Shown here one piece after another: positions 44,015 through 55,591 of a stretch of 64,000 nt of DNA. Origin of the DNA: Prochlorococcus sp. AG-363-P06 (lineage in GTDB: Bacteria > Cyanobacteriota > Cyanobacteriia > PCC-6307 > Cyanobiaceae). The notes beneath the pieces are model-generated. The model was not told the origin of the DNA. It was given only the letters and a program-made list of their open reading frames with translations, and searched no databases. Made by a program: the position numbers and the translations under genes. The DNA is taken from contig QCGD01000002.1 in assembly GCA_003280025.1 (NCBI GenBank), forward strand, positions 104,835 to 168,834, read 5' to 3'. The stretch's first letter is position 1, and the number at the start of each line of letters is the position of its first letter.

Positions 44015-44173
44015 ATGTATGGTCTTTATGATAGGCAAGGAATATTAAGATTTATCAACTCAGATAAAGAGGCTTGCATAGCATATGCAGAACTTTTTGA
44101 ATTAGAGTCGACCAATTATTGTTTAATGAATTTAAGTGAGAATAATCAGAAATTAGAGGATACTAATCACTAA
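44015..44173 (+). CDS. Candidate small ORF (52 aa), unknown function
   Basis: ATG 44015 to TAA 44171-44173, giving MYGLYDRQGILRFINSDKEACIAYAELFELESTNYCLMNLSENNQKLEDTNH. It is below the ORF-track cutoff and is the only ORF in a 218-nt gap. No homology evidence is available to me. Confidence 0.3.
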   Translation: MYGLYDRQGILRFINSDKEACIAYAELFELESTNYCLMNLSENNQKLEDTNH

Positions 44174-44448
44174 TCCGTATCAGAATCAGGTAGAGAACAA
44201 CAATTAAAACCATCCCTACAAATCTTTCCGTGATCCATAGCCCAATTCAATAATGCAACCCTGTTTTTAGAACCTGTTTTAGTAAACATATTACTTACAT
44301 GATTATCAACAGTTCTTTTACTAATAGTAAGTTTTACAGCTATTTCTTGATTTGTTAGCCCATCTGCTACTAAATCAATGATCTCCATCTCTCTAGCCGA
44401 GAGACCCATCATATCAAGGTTGTTTACTTCTTCATCAACCATTTGCAT
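44170..44448 (-). CDS. Stand-alone LuxR-family HTH transcriptional regulator with a Cys-rich acidic tail
   Basis: 92 aa with LSAREMEIIDLVADGLTNQEIA.KL.IS.RTVDNHVSNMF.K (GerE/LuxR HTH) and no receiver domain. C-terminal tail CRDGFNCCSLPDSDTD. Confidence 0.75.
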   Translation of the reverse strand: MQMVDEEVNNLDMMGLSAREMEIIDLVADGLTNQEIAVKLTISKRTVDNHVSNMFTKTGSKNRVALLNWAMDHGKICRDGFNCCSLPDSDTD

Positions 44449-44525
44449 TTAAACAGTTCCTTTTTTATATTAATTAAGTTTAGCAATCTCACTACACTTG
44501 TTAACCTAGTTGGAAACAAAAGCAA

Positions 44526-45416
44526 TTGAAATCAAAACTTCAGGAGACTTTAGAAAGAAAATCTAAAGTGATTACGGCAGAGTTAATGCCGCCAAGAGGT
44601 GGGGACCCCATAAGATCTCTTAAGATAGCACAACTTTTAAAAGATAAGGTACATGCTGTTAACATTACAGATGGAAGCAGAGCTGTAATGAGAATGTGTA
44701 GCTTGGCAATGTCCAAACTATTACTGGAAAATGGGATAGAACCAATAATGCAAATCGCGTGCAGAGATCGTAATAAAATTGCTTTACAATCAGATATCCT
44801 AGGAGCTAATGCTTTAGGAATTAAAAATATCTTATGCATCACTGGTGATTCAGTAAAGGCTGGGGATCAACAAGAAACAAAATCTGTGCATGAGTTTGAA
44901 TCAGTTAGATTATTAAGACAAATTCAAGCCTTTAATCAAGGCATTGATCCAACTTTCGAAGAACTTGCCGATCAAAGAACAAATATATTTTCAGGTGCTG
45001 CAGCTAATCCCAACTTGAGGAATCAAAGAAGTTTACAAAGTAGAACGAGACAGAAAAAAGAGGCAGGTGCAAATTTCCTACAGACTCAAATGGTTATGGA
45101 AAGAAACTATTTAATAGAATTTTGCGAGAGAATTAGCAAGCCTCTTGATATCCCAGTAATTGCAGGAGTATTTCTTTTAAAATCATACAAAAACGCTCTC
45201 TTTATAAATAAGTACGTACCAGGTGCAAACATTCCTGAAAAGATTTTAAATCGTCTTAAAGATGCCAAAGACCCCTTAAAAGAAGGCATACAAATCGCTG
45301 CAGAACAAGCTAAAGATTATATTAATATCGCAGAAGGTATTCATATCATGGCCGTTAAAGCAGAACATCTCATACCTCAGATTATTGAGATGGCAGATAT
45401 TAATCTGGAATATTAA
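44526..45416 (+). CDS. metF: 5,10-methylenetetrahydrofolate reductase
   Basis: TTG start. MetF fold pattern (AELMPPRG, NITDG, C.TGD, AANP, GA.F..TQ). Confidence 0.85.
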   Translation: MKSKLQETLERKSKVITAELMPPRGGDPIRSLKIAQLLKDKVHAVNITDGSRAVMRMCSLAMSKLLLENGIEPIMQIACRDRNKIALQSDILGANALGIKNILCITGDSVKAGDQQETKSVHEFESVRLLRQIQAFNQGIDPTFEELADQRTNIFSGAAANPNLRNQRSLQSRTRQKKEAGANFLQTQMVMERNYLIEFCERISKPLDIPVIAGVFLLKSYKNALFINKYVPGANIPEKILNRLKDAKDPLKEGIQIAAEQAKDYINIAEGIHIMAVKAEHLIPQIIEMADINLEY

Positions 45417-46578
45417 TTAAATCTGTACCTAATAATTCTGCCATAGCTTTTTGCTGGGGAGAAGGCTCCGTCAGATCTGATCTTCTTGAATCCGTTATCA
45501 ACCAATCCAAAGATGCATCTTGCAAATCAAAGTGATCTCCATTTTTACCTACACAATATCGCCCGAAAACTAACTTATCGACAAGTTTAACCCCTTTACC
45601 AATTTTGGAATAATCAAAAATAATTGAATTATCAATCGTTGCGCCCTCGCAAATGCAACAACTTGGTCCAATCATCGCGGGGCCAATAATTGTCGCACCA
45701 TCTTCTATCCTTGTCATTCCACCTATATAAACAGGTCCATTAATATCAATTTTTTCCCAATTAGCAGCTACATTTAATCCAGTATAAACACCAGGTTTAA
45801 TCTGTTTACCTGGAATTTCTACTTGTCTTACCTTACCTTGTAAGACATTACGTATAGCACTCCAATAATCTGGAACCTTACCAATATCTACCCATTCAAA
45901 ATCCATAGGTAAGGCAAAAAATGGTAAATCCATTTCAACAAGTTTAGGAAATAGATCAGCACCAATATCAAATTTTTGCCCTGTTGGGATGTAATTAAAA
46001 ATCTCAGGTTCAAAAAGATAAATTCCAGTATTTATAGAATCACTTAATGCATTATCTACATTTGGTTTTTCCTGAAAGGCTTTTATTCGACCATTATCGT
46101 CTGAGACCACTACTCCATAACTTGATACTTGCTCTTTAGTTACTTTTTTCGTTATTAAACTTGCTATGGCTCCTTTTTGCTTGTGTTTCTTTAGTGCTTC
46201 AGTCAAATCCAAGTCAACTAAAGCATCACCACATAATACAACGAAAGTTTCATCAAAAAAATTTTGAAAATCTTGAATTTTCTTTAATCCTCCTGCTGAG
46301 CCCAAAGCATCGCCTATCAATTCTCCATCTTCAATTCTTCCTTCAAAGCTGTAAGCTATCTCTACACCAAATCTTTGCCCATCCCTAAAATAATTTTCAA
46401 TTTCTTCAGCGAGATGAGAAACATTAACCATTATTTCTTTAAAACCATGTTCTTTTAAAAGCTCTAAAAGAAACTCCATAACAGGTTTTTGTAAAATCGG
46501 AATCATGGGTTTTGGAATTATATGCGTAATAGGCCGAACGCGGGTACCTTTTCCTGCTGCAAGTATCATTGCCTTCAT
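45400..46578 (-). CDS. Sugar-1-phosphate nucleotidyltransferase (mannose-1-P guanylyltransferase / glucose-1-P family) with a C-terminal left-handed beta-helix
   Basis: MKAMILAAGKGTRVRP signature, and hexapeptide-like repeats in the C-terminal third. Start set at ATG 46578 (the ORF track uses an upstream TTG). Confidence 0.8.
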   Translation of the reverse strand: MKAMILAAGKGTRVRPITHIIPKPMIPILQKPVMEFLLELLKEHGFKEIMVNVSHLAEEIENYFRDGQRFGVEIAYSFEGRIEDGELIGDALGSAGGLKKIQDFQNFFDETFVVLCGDALVDLDLTEALKKHKQKGAIASLITKKVTKEQVSSYGVVVSDDNGRIKAFQEKPNVDNALSDSINTGIYLFEPEIFNYIPTGQKFDIGADLFPKLVEMDLPFFALPMDFEWVDIGKVPDYWSAIRNVLQGKVRQVEIPGKQIKPGVYTGLNVAANWEKIDINGPVYIGGMTRIEDGATIIGPAMIGPSCCICEGATIDNSIIFDYSKIGKGVKLVDKLVFGRYCVGKNGDHFDLQDASLDWLITDSRRSDLTEPSPQQKAMAELLGTDLINIPD

Positions 46579-46627
46579 CAGATGCAAAACCTCTTTTCTA
46601 AGATTATACGTTATTATTACTTAACTA

Positions 46628-47449
46628 CTAAGCAGCTGAAGAAGAGGTAATTGCTTCATCAAGATTTTCTATAGGCAATTGAGCTAAGCCTCCTTCAGGA
46701 ATTATTCTTTTAATTTGGATTGGTCCATAAAGAGAGTTGATTTGTTTAAGTTCAATTTTGTTTTCTGAATATAAAAATAACAGAGCCCAGAAGACACCAA
46801 GCCTATCCTTATCTAAGTCATTTTTTACGACTCCCTGCCATTTGTTTACTAAATATTCAAAATCTGTCCACTGTAATGCTTTTTCCCAACCATCAATAAA
46901 TTTTCCTAATTCTTTTGTGGTTTCAGGTAGTTTTTCACGATGAGCTAAAGATTTTACTTGAGAGATTAGTGCCTTATCAGAATATTTTTTATTTCTTTTT
47001 CTCTTCATTAGTAAAAGATCTTGAGTTTCTATAATTTCGGCAATAGACTCTAATTGACTTACAAGTTCCCCTAATGTTGATGTTCTTTTAAGAATTGGTT
47101 GAGCTACAGATCTTCGTCTTAGGTATTTTTCTGGATATTTTGGAATATCAAATCCTTGATTAATCCATTCTTGATTATCAATTTCATAATCATCTTCCAA
47201 TTCTGTTAAATCATCTTTGAAAACATCAGATTCCAAAACTTGGGCTTTTAAATTAACTAGGACTGAAGCTGCAAAGAAGGCTTCACTTGTCTCAGCTAAA
47301 TCTTTTTGATATGAATTATCTTTATTATCAGGTTTTTGTATAGTGTTTGTATATTGATCTAAAAAACTATCTATAACACTTATTACATCAATATCCCATG
47401 GATCAAGATCACCTTTGCCAGCAGCATCTTGGAGAAACTTTATTAACAA
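46628..47449 (-). CDS. scpA: Segregation and condensation protein A (kleisin)
   Basis: The N-terminal GDLDPWDIDVISVID.FL motif resembles cyanobacterial ScpA. 273 aa. Confidence 0.65.
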   Translation of the reverse strand: MLIKFLQDAAGKGDLDPWDIDVISVIDSFLDQYTNTIQKPDNKDNSYQKDLAETSEAFFAASVLVNLKAQVLESDVFKDDLTELEDDYEIDNQEWINQGFDIPKYPEKYLRRRSVAQPILKRTSTLGELVSQLESIAEIIETQDLLLMKRKRNKKYSDKALISQVKSLAHREKLPETTKELGKFIDGWEKALQWTDFEYLVNKWQGVVKNDLDKDRLGVFWALLFLYSENKIELKQINSLYGPIQIKRIIPEGGLAQLPIENLDEAITSSSAA

Positions 47450-47572
47450 TCTAGGTCCTAACTGTGGCCTATCAATAGGATTTGAATTAGATACTTTAGA
47501 TAGATTAAATCTACTTACAAGATATCTTTATATCGATCTTAATGTCAAAAAACATTGTATAAATTTAAACAA

Positions 47573-49213
47573 TCATATTTTTGGGGCTGTAAATATCTCA
47601 TTCTTTTTATTTCCTGAAAAAATATTTGTTTTCACAGCACTTTTAACTGCATTTAAATCTCTATCAACTAAGTTATTAATCGAAGCCAAATAACTCTCCG
47701 TAACTAACCTAGGGTATAAGCCAATTCCAATTATTGGCAAAAGTAAACAGGCAATTATATAAACCTCTCTAGGTTCTGCATCAACTAGTTTTCGTTCTTC
47801 AGTTAATTTAGGATTTTCTTTGCCAAAGAAAATTTCCCGTAACATTGAAAGTAGATAAATAGGAGTGAGTATAACGCCTATTGCTGCCAAGGAAGCCATC
47901 ACAATTCTAAAAGGAAGTGTATATACTTCATCAGTAACAAATCCTGTAAATACCATTAATTCAGAAACGAATCCGCTCATACCTGGCAAAGCAAGTGATG
48001 CTAGAGAACAAGCAGTCCATAAAGCAAACATAATTCGCATTTTTTGTCCTACACCACTCATTTCGTCAAGTTTAAGAGTTTTGGTCCGATCATAAGTAGC
48101 TCCCACCAGAAAAAATAAACTAGCACCAATTAACCCATGACTAATCATTTGAAGCATTGCTCCACTTGTACCAAGACTGCTAAAACTTCCTATTCCAATC
48201 AAAACAAAGCCCATATGACTAATTGAACTGTATGCAATTTTTCTTTTGAGATTTCTTTGTGCAAAAGAAGTTAGTGCCGCATAAATTATATTGACCACAC
48301 CAAGAACAATTAATAAAGGAGCAAATTGCGCATGAGCTAAAGGTAATAATTGCGCATTAAATCTCAACAGAGCATATCCACCCATCTTTAATAGAATACC
48401 GGCAAGAAGCATATGAACTGGGGCCGTTGCTTCTCCATGAGCATCTGGGAGCCAAGTATGAAGTGGGACTATTGGAAGTTTTACACCAAATGCAATTAGA
48501 AGTCCTACATAACATAGTATTTGAAACTTTTGACTAAAATCTTGACTCGCTAAATGCGAAAATTCAAAATTAGGAATTCCCGTCCCGTAAAAACCCATTG
48601 CTAATCCAGCTAAAAGAATAAATATCGAACTACCAGCTGTATAAATAATAAATTTTGTAGCTGCATATTGTCTGTTTTTCCCACCCCATATAGCTAAAAG
48701 TAAATATACAGGGATCAATTCAAGTTCCCAGGTAAGAAAAAATAAAAGCATATCTTGGACAGCAAACACAGCTATTTGCCCCCCATCCATTATTAATATT
48801 AAAAAGAAAAATAACTTTGGTTTAAACTTTACTGGCCAGGCAGCTAGAACTGCTAAAGCAGTGATAAAGCTCGTGAGTAATATTAGTGGCATAGATATAC
48901 CATCAGCACCAACAGTCCAGGTAAGGCCTAGATTAGGAAGCCAATTTAAACTTTCTTTAAGTTGGACATTCTCATTATTAATATCAAAACCAGTTATATA
49001 AGAACCTACTGTGATTAAAAAAGTAATTAACGCTATATATAAAGCAAACCATCTTACTTCTTTACCCTCTCCTTTATCAGGGAAAAAAGGGATTACAAAT
49101 GCACTTCCAATTGGGAAAAGGATAGATGCCGATAACCAAGGAAAGTTAGAAAAGCCAGCTCCAAGCGTTCCTATAGTTTGATTCGCAAAATGTGTAAAAA
49201 AATTAATGCTCAA
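47573..49213 (-). CDS. ndhD: NAD(P)H-quinone oxidoreductase chain 4
   Basis: 546-aa NuoM-like antiporter subunit ([27 protein letters not shown]). Confidence 0.9.
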   Translation of the reverse strand: MSINFFTHFANQTIGTLGAGFSNFPWLSASILFPIGSAFVIPFFPDKGEGKEVRWFALYIALITFLITVGSYITGFDINNENVQLKESLNWLPNLGLTWTVGADGISMPLILLTSFITALAVLAAWPVKFKPKLFFFLILIMDGGQIAVFAVQDMLLFFLTWELELIPVYLLLAIWGGKNRQYAATKFIIYTAGSSIFILLAGLAMGFYGTGIPNFEFSHLASQDFSQKFQILCYVGLLIAFGVKLPIVPLHTWLPDAHGEATAPVHMLLAGILLKMGGYALLRFNAQLLPLAHAQFAPLLIVLGVVNIIYAALTSFAQRNLKRKIAYSSISHMGFVLIGIGSFSSLGTSGAMLQMISHGLIGASLFFLVGATYDRTKTLKLDEMSGVGQKMRIMFALWTACSLASLALPGMSGFVSELMVFTGFVTDEVYTLPFRIVMASLAAIGVILTPIYLLSMLREIFFGKENPKLTEERKLVDAEPREVYIIACLLLPIIGIGLYPRLVTESYLASINNLVDRDLNAVKSAVKTNIFSGNKKNEIFTAPKI

Positions 49214-49298
49214 TTTAACAAGAAATTCATCTTAAACAGAGTCTAGAAATTTTCTGTATTTTTTCACCCCTATGAACAGTGAAGACACACATTTGTAA

Positions 49299-51326
49299 TT
49301 AAGTTACTGAAGGAGATTGAAATCCAAAAATAGCAACTAATAAAATTACGCCTCCAAAAACTATAAGAGCATAAAATTGAGCTCGGCCAGTTTCGAAATA
49401 TTTCAAACCCTCTCCACTTCCTAAGGTGACAAGTCCAGTCAAATTGACCACTCCGTCAACAACTTTCGAATCAACTTCTAATACCTCTTTAGCAAGTTTT
49501 CTACTGCCCTTCACAAAAAGTTTTTCATTAATATCATCTAAGTACCATTTTTTTGATAAGAATTTATTAATGGCTGGAAACTTTTCAGCAAATAAAATTG
49601 ATAAATTAAGTTTGCGAGCGAAATAAGCTTGATATGCAATCGTTATACCTATTGCTGCGACAAAAATTGACGCTATTGCTAAAGGTAAAAATTCTTTTAA
49701 TTCAAAAGCTTGAGAAGCAATCTCAGCTTCTTCTGGATCCAGCAAATTTGCGAATTTACTATCCCAAGGAAGGCCCATAAAACCAATAATTACTGAAGGC
49801 ACAGCGAGAAATACTAATGGGAATGTCATTGACCATGGAGACTCATGAAGAGAACCATGATTGTGATCCCCATGTTCTTCTTCGTTCTCTTCATCTAAAG
49901 AAATTTGAGAGGCTACTAAAAGTTCTTTTTGTAACTCCTTATTATCTCCCCTAAAGTCTCCTTCAAATGTTAAGAAATAAAGTCTAAACATATAAAATGC
50001 TGTCATACCAGCAGTTAAGAGTCCTACCAACCAAAACACAGGAAATGAAATGAATGCATTTCCCAGTATTTCATCTTTACTCCAAAATCCAGCTAATGGA
50101 GGAATACCGCTTATTGCTACACAACCTATTAAAAAAGTTGCAGATGTATATGGCATTTTCTTCCTTAATCCTCCCATTAATCTCATATCTTGAGCTAATA
50201 CTGGCTGATGGCCTACGACTTCTTCCATTGCATGAATTACTGATCCAGACCCCAAAAACAACATTGCTTTGAAGCAAGCATGTGTTATTAAGTGAAAAAT
50301 TCCTGCTATTGGGGCACCGCAACCCATTGCAAGCATCATATAACCAAGCTGTGAAACCGTACTATAGGCCAAACCCTTTTTTAGATCCATTTGGGTTAAG
50401 GCAATAGAAGCCCCTAAAAAACAGGTAATAGTACCAACTAAAGCAATAATAAATTGAATCTCAGGGAATAATGAGTACAAAGGTTGAAGCCTAGCAACTA
50501 GGAATATTCCTGCTGCAACCATCGTAGCTGCATGGATTAGGGCAGAAATAGGAGTAGGGCCTTCCATAGCATCAGGCAACCAAACATGCAAAGGGAATTG
50601 AGCTGATTTTGCCATTGGGCCTAAAAAAACTAAAAAACAAAGGATTAATGCAGCCCATATTGGTAATGTATTTTCAGAGATTGATTTAGATATTCCTAAA
50701 GCAATCTCACTAAAATCAAAACTATTAGTTGCCCAAAACAAACCTAAAATGCCTAGTAACAAGCCAAAGTCTCCAACTCTGTTAACTACAAATGCTTTTT
50801 GAGCAGCATGTGCAGCACCATCTCTGTCATACCAAAAACCAACCAATAAATAAGAACACATTCCAACTAATTCCCAAAAAACATAAATTTCTAACAAATT
50901 TGGACTTATTATTAATCCCATCATTGAACTACTAAATAACGCTAAATATGTAAAAAACCTCACGTAACCTTTGTCATGCGCCATATAACCATGGGAATAA
51001 ATCATGACTAACAAAGTTATTGTAGTTACTAAAGCAAGCATTACACTACCAAGAGGATCAAGAATAAAACCCATAGGGATTGTAAAATCTCCCGCACTGG
51101 CCCAAACAAATAATTTTTCTACTGATTGATAACCATTCACCTGTTCAAGAAGAGCCTTATAACTAATTACGGCAGAAACACCTACAAAGGAAATTAAACT
51201 GATAGAAACTATTTCTCTAGCATTATTAATTTTCTTGTTGATACTTATTAACCCCAAACCAGACATAACTGCTCCAATAAGCGGTAAAACAGGAATTAAC
51301 CATGCAATTTCTGAAGCTTGAGGCAT
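49299..51326 (-). CDS. ndhF: NAD(P)H-quinone oxidoreductase chain 5
   Basis: 675-aa NuoL-like subunit (WLPDAMEGPTPISALIHAATMVAAG). Confidence 0.93.
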   Translation of the reverse strand: MPQASEIAWLIPVLPLIGAVMSGLGLISINKKINNAREIVSISLISFVGVSAVISYKALLEQVNGYQSVEKLFVWASAGDFTIPMGFILDPLGSVMLALVTTITLLVMIYSHGYMAHDKGYVRFFTYLALFSSSMMGLIISPNLLEIYVFWELVGMCSYLLVGFWYDRDGAAHAAQKAFVVNRVGDFGLLLGILGLFWATNSFDFSEIALGISKSISENTLPIWAALILCFLVFLGPMAKSAQFPLHVWLPDAMEGPTPISALIHAATMVAAGIFLVARLQPLYSLFPEIQFIIALVGTITCFLGASIALTQMDLKKGLAYSTVSQLGYMMLAMGCGAPIAGIFHLITHACFKAMLFLGSGSVIHAMEEVVGHQPVLAQDMRLMGGLRKKMPYTSATFLIGCVAISGIPPLAGFWSKDEILGNAFISFPVFWLVGLLTAGMTAFYMFRLYFLTFEGDFRGDNKELQKELLVASQISLDEENEEEHGDHNHGSLHESPWSMTFPLVFLAVPSVIIGFMGLPWDSKFANLLDPEEAEIASQAFELKEFLPLAIASIFVAAIGITIAYQAYFARKLNLSILFAEKFPAINKFLSKKWYLDDINEKLFVKGSRKLAKEVLEVDSKVVDGVVNLTGLVTLGSGEGLKYFETGRAQFYALIVFGGVILLVAIFGFQSPSVT

Positions 51327-51359
51327 TGTTCAAAAAACTTTTAACTTGATTTTAAACTG

Positions 51360-52088
51360 TTAATTGAGAAATTCCGACAAAAATGATGAATTAAATGTTT
51401 TTACAGCAATATTTATGTATTGATGAGACCACCAAAGTACTGCTATCGCAATTAATATTCCAAGTTGGGATAATTTAAAAAATTCTTTAATTTTAAAAGT
51501 TTGTCTTCCTTCAATTATTGCCATAAATGGAATGATTGAAGTTTTTTCTTTAAATTTATAAAATTCAGCTCCAAATTTTGTTTCCAATCTCTTATCACCA
51601 TGCCAAATCGCAAAAATATGATGCAAAATTAACCCTAAAGAAGTTACTAATGTGAATGATGTGCCAATCCATAGACTATGAGCAAAACACCAAATTATCT
51701 GTCCAAATGCTTGTGGGTGGCGAGTAATTCGCATTATCCCAGTTCCGTAAATCCTAACTTTTGGTTTCAAAACTGAAGGAATTTCTAATAAATTATAAGT
51801 AGCAGGATATAAAAATAAAAAACTTATGGCAGTTAAAAACCAAACCAACAAAAAAACAAAGCTATTCCCTTGTAAATTCCATAATCTAATTCCGTCATAT
51901 CTATGAGACAAAAAATAACTTATAAGAATAATTGCGGACGGTAAACTTAAGGAAACAAAACATAATCTCCATAATCTTGCACCCATGACAGATTCTGCTT
52001 TACTTCTTACAGCAGCTCCACCACTATGAATAACTGCAAAAACAAATATTAAGAGAAAGATTATTAAAGAAGTTCTATGTGTCTCCAT
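51360..52088 (-). CDS. NnrU-family membrane protein, probable 15-cis-zeta-carotene isomerase (Z-ISO) homologue
   Basis: Polytopic. Has HSGGAAVR, HRYDG..LW, FLYP.TYNLLE, GIMRITRHPQ..GQ..WC.AH.LW.G, HH.F..WHGD.RL and PF.AI..GRQ, matching my recollection of the NnrU/Z-ISO pattern. Start set at ATG 52088 (METHR..). Confidence 0.6.
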   Translation of the reverse strand: METHRTSLIIFLLIFVFAVIHSGGAAVRSKAESVMGARLWRLCFVSLSLPSAIILISYFLSHRYDGIRLWNLQGNSFVFLLVWFLTAISFLFLYPATYNLLEIPSVLKPKVRIYGTGIMRITRHPQAFGQIIWCFAHSLWIGTSFTLVTSLGLILHHIFAIWHGDKRLETKFGAEFYKFKEKTSIIPFMAIIEGRQTFKIKEFFKLSQLGILIAIAVLWWSHQYINIAVKTFNSSFLSEFLN

Positions 52089-52171
52089 ATAATTTAGATA
52101 ATTGAAATAATATATTCTTAACAAGAATACGCTTAGGTATTAGAATTATAAATATATTTTAGGCATAATAG

Positions 52172-53122
52172 ATGCCCGAATTACCATTTACTCTTGACCA
52201 ATTAAGAATATTAAAAGCTATAGCAGCTGAAGGGAGTTTCAAAAAAGCTGCAGATTTGTTGTACGTAACCCAACCAGCTGTAAGTTTACAAATACAAAAC
52301 CTAGAAAAACAACTTGAAATTACAATTTTCGATAGAGGAGGTAGAAAGGCTCTTCTAACCGAAGGAGGAAGACTATTACTGGAATACTGCGAAAGAATTT
52401 TAAATCAATGCGATGAAGCTTGCAAAGCAATCGAAGATTTAAATAGTTTAAAAGGTGGAACACTCATAATTGGAGCCAGTCAAACTACAGGAACTTACTT
52501 AATGCCAAGAATGATAGGATTATTTCGCCAAGCATACCCTGATGTATCTGTTCAGCTCAAAGTTCACAGTACTAGAAGAACTGGCTGGAGTGTTGCTAAT
52601 GGACAAATCGACTTAGCTATTATTGGAGGACAGTTGCCAGGAGATCTAGAAAATTTATTACAAATTATTCCTTATTCAACAGATGAATTAGCACTAGTAT
52701 TGCCCATAACTCACCCTCTTGTTAATAAAAAAGAACTTTTAAAAGAAGATCTATACAAATTAAATTTTGTCACACTAGATTCTCAATCTACAACTAGAAA
52801 AGTTGTTGACAAATTACTCAAAGATTCTGGACTAGAGATTCAAAGATTAAAAATAGAAATGGAACTAAACTCTCTCGAGGCAATCAAAAATGCAGTGCAA
52901 TCAGGTCTAGGTGCCTCTTTTGTTCCTGTTGTTTCTATAGAAAGAGAAATAGCTGGTGGTACAATCCACAAGGCCAGAATTGCTGACTTAGAGGTTAAAA
53001 GAGAACTTAAATTAATTACCAATCCATCAAGATACACCTCAAGAGCATCGAAAGTATTTAAGAAGAATATTTTGCCACAATTTGCCAGTTCAGATAGTCC
53101 ATTGAAAAAAATAGAATTTTAA
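52172..53122 (+). CDS. LysR-family transcriptional regulator (RbcR/NdhR/Ycf30-like)
   Basis: N-terminal HTH ([36 protein letters not shown]....FDR) plus a LysR substrate-binding domain. Confidence 0.85.
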   Translation: MPELPFTLDQLRILKAIAAEGSFKKAADLLYVTQPAVSLQIQNLEKQLEITIFDRGGRKALLTEGGRLLLEYCERILNQCDEACKAIEDLNSLKGGTLIIGASQTTGTYLMPRMIGLFRQAYPDVSVQLKVHSTRRTGWSVANGQIDLAIIGGQLPGDLENLLQIIPYSTDELALVLPITHPLVNKKELLKEDLYKLNFVTLDSQSTTRKVVDKLLKDSGLEIQRLKIEMELNSLEAIKNAVQSGLGASFVPVVSIEREIAGGTIHKARIADLEVKRELKLITNPSRYTSRASKVFKKNILPQFASSDSPLKKIEF

Positions 53123-53743
53123 TCAGAACTGAATTGCTTCTTTATTAATTCCTACGCCTCCATCTTCGGCTTGACCATCTCCCTTGATAATGAACTTATT
53201 CTCATTTACATCAGTCTGATAAACACATTTAACTATTGGTTTATCTCGTATAGATCCAATATACGCAAAAGTATTCATTCTTTGCTTACATTCTCTAACA
53301 TCTTCATTACTAATAGCTCCTTGTTTTTGCAAAACAGTCCAATTCTCCCTACGAATTACGCAACCAGGTTGCAGCGCTGGTTGTGTAACAAAGCTTGTTG
53401 AGGGATTAAGAGTTGTATACATTTCAACATCAATAACAAAAGCGCTTGCACCCCATTGTCTACAGAATTCAGGATCTGGAACAGCCATATCTAATTGTTG
53501 TTGACTAGCTATATTTCCTTGTCCACCATCTGTTGTGCTAGTTATTGCGCTACCAATGCCAACTCCTAAAATTAATACCCCTGCAAGAACAGCAATCGTT
53601 CCCGTATTGAAATTCATTTTCTGTTCAGTACCAGAAGATAATCTTTTATTTCTTTGCATGTAATCAGCTCCCTCTCTTGAGGATGAGGAATAATATCCTC
53701 TATTAGGGCCTCTCCCTGACCTTCTGTTTGAAAATCTATTCAC
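53123..53743 (-). CDS. Conserved single-TM protein (DUF3172-like)
   Basis: R/G/S-rich N-terminus, one TM helix ([15 protein letters not shown]), and a Cys-containing C-terminal domain. The GTG start overlaps the ndhM stop (GTGA). Internal ATGs at codons 29 and 44 are alternative starts. Confidence 0.55.
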   Translation of the reverse strand: MNRFSNRRSGRGPNRGYYSSSSREGADYMQRNKRLSSGTEQKMNFNTGTIAVLAGVLILGVGIGSAITSTTDGGQGNIASQQQLDMAVPDPEFCRQWGASAFVIDVEMYTTLNPSTSFVTQPALQPGCVIRRENWTVLQKQGAISNEDVRECKQRMNTFAYIGSIRDKPIVKCVYQTDVNENKFIIKGDGQAEDGGVGINKEAIQF

Positions 53744-54087
53744 AGCTCTTCATTTGTCTTTGGTAAACCCATTGAATAATTCATAACTCTACATTCTGGG
53801 TTATAACTTAATTGACCATTTTGTAGCAAACTTTTAATTAATCCTTCAATCTCTGAACCGATTTTGCGAAGTTCATAGTCATCTAAATTTTTTCCTGCTC
53901 TCTCTTTAATGAGTTCATTGAATTTTTGATTGATTTTATTTATAGAATTCTCACTCCAAATAAACTCATTATCAGGATCCAAATCAAGCGTTAGTTTATT
54001 TGGATGGAATTGTAATTCATTATTTATGACTTCAGCTGTAAAGATTCTGACATGTCTGGTAGTTGATTTTAAAAGCATTTTTTCCAT
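53740..54087 (-). CDS. ndhM: NAD(P)H-quinone oxidoreductase subunit M
   Basis: 115 aa with [16 protein letters not shown]...[12 protein letters not shown], characteristic of cyanobacterial NdhM. Confidence 0.8.
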   Translation of the reverse strand: MEKMLLKSTTRHVRIFTAEVINNELQFHPNKLTLDLDPDNEFIWSENSINKINQKFNELIKERAGKNLDDYELRKIGSEIEGLIKSLLQNGQLSYNPECRVMNYSMGLPKTNEEL

Positions 54088-54135
54088 AATTTTAAGAAAT
54101 AATCAACAAAAAAAACTATAATGTTCTAACTTTAG

Positions 54136-55575
<1,440 letters not shown>

Positions 55576-55591
55576 AAACATATAAAATAAA

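Noticed and set aside
49214-49298. ndhF-ndhD spacer, examined for a terminator or a Yfr-like sRNA motif.
   Set aside because: It has only a 5-bp TTCAC/GTGAA stem with no trailing U-run on the transcribed strand. The two genes are probably co-transcribed.
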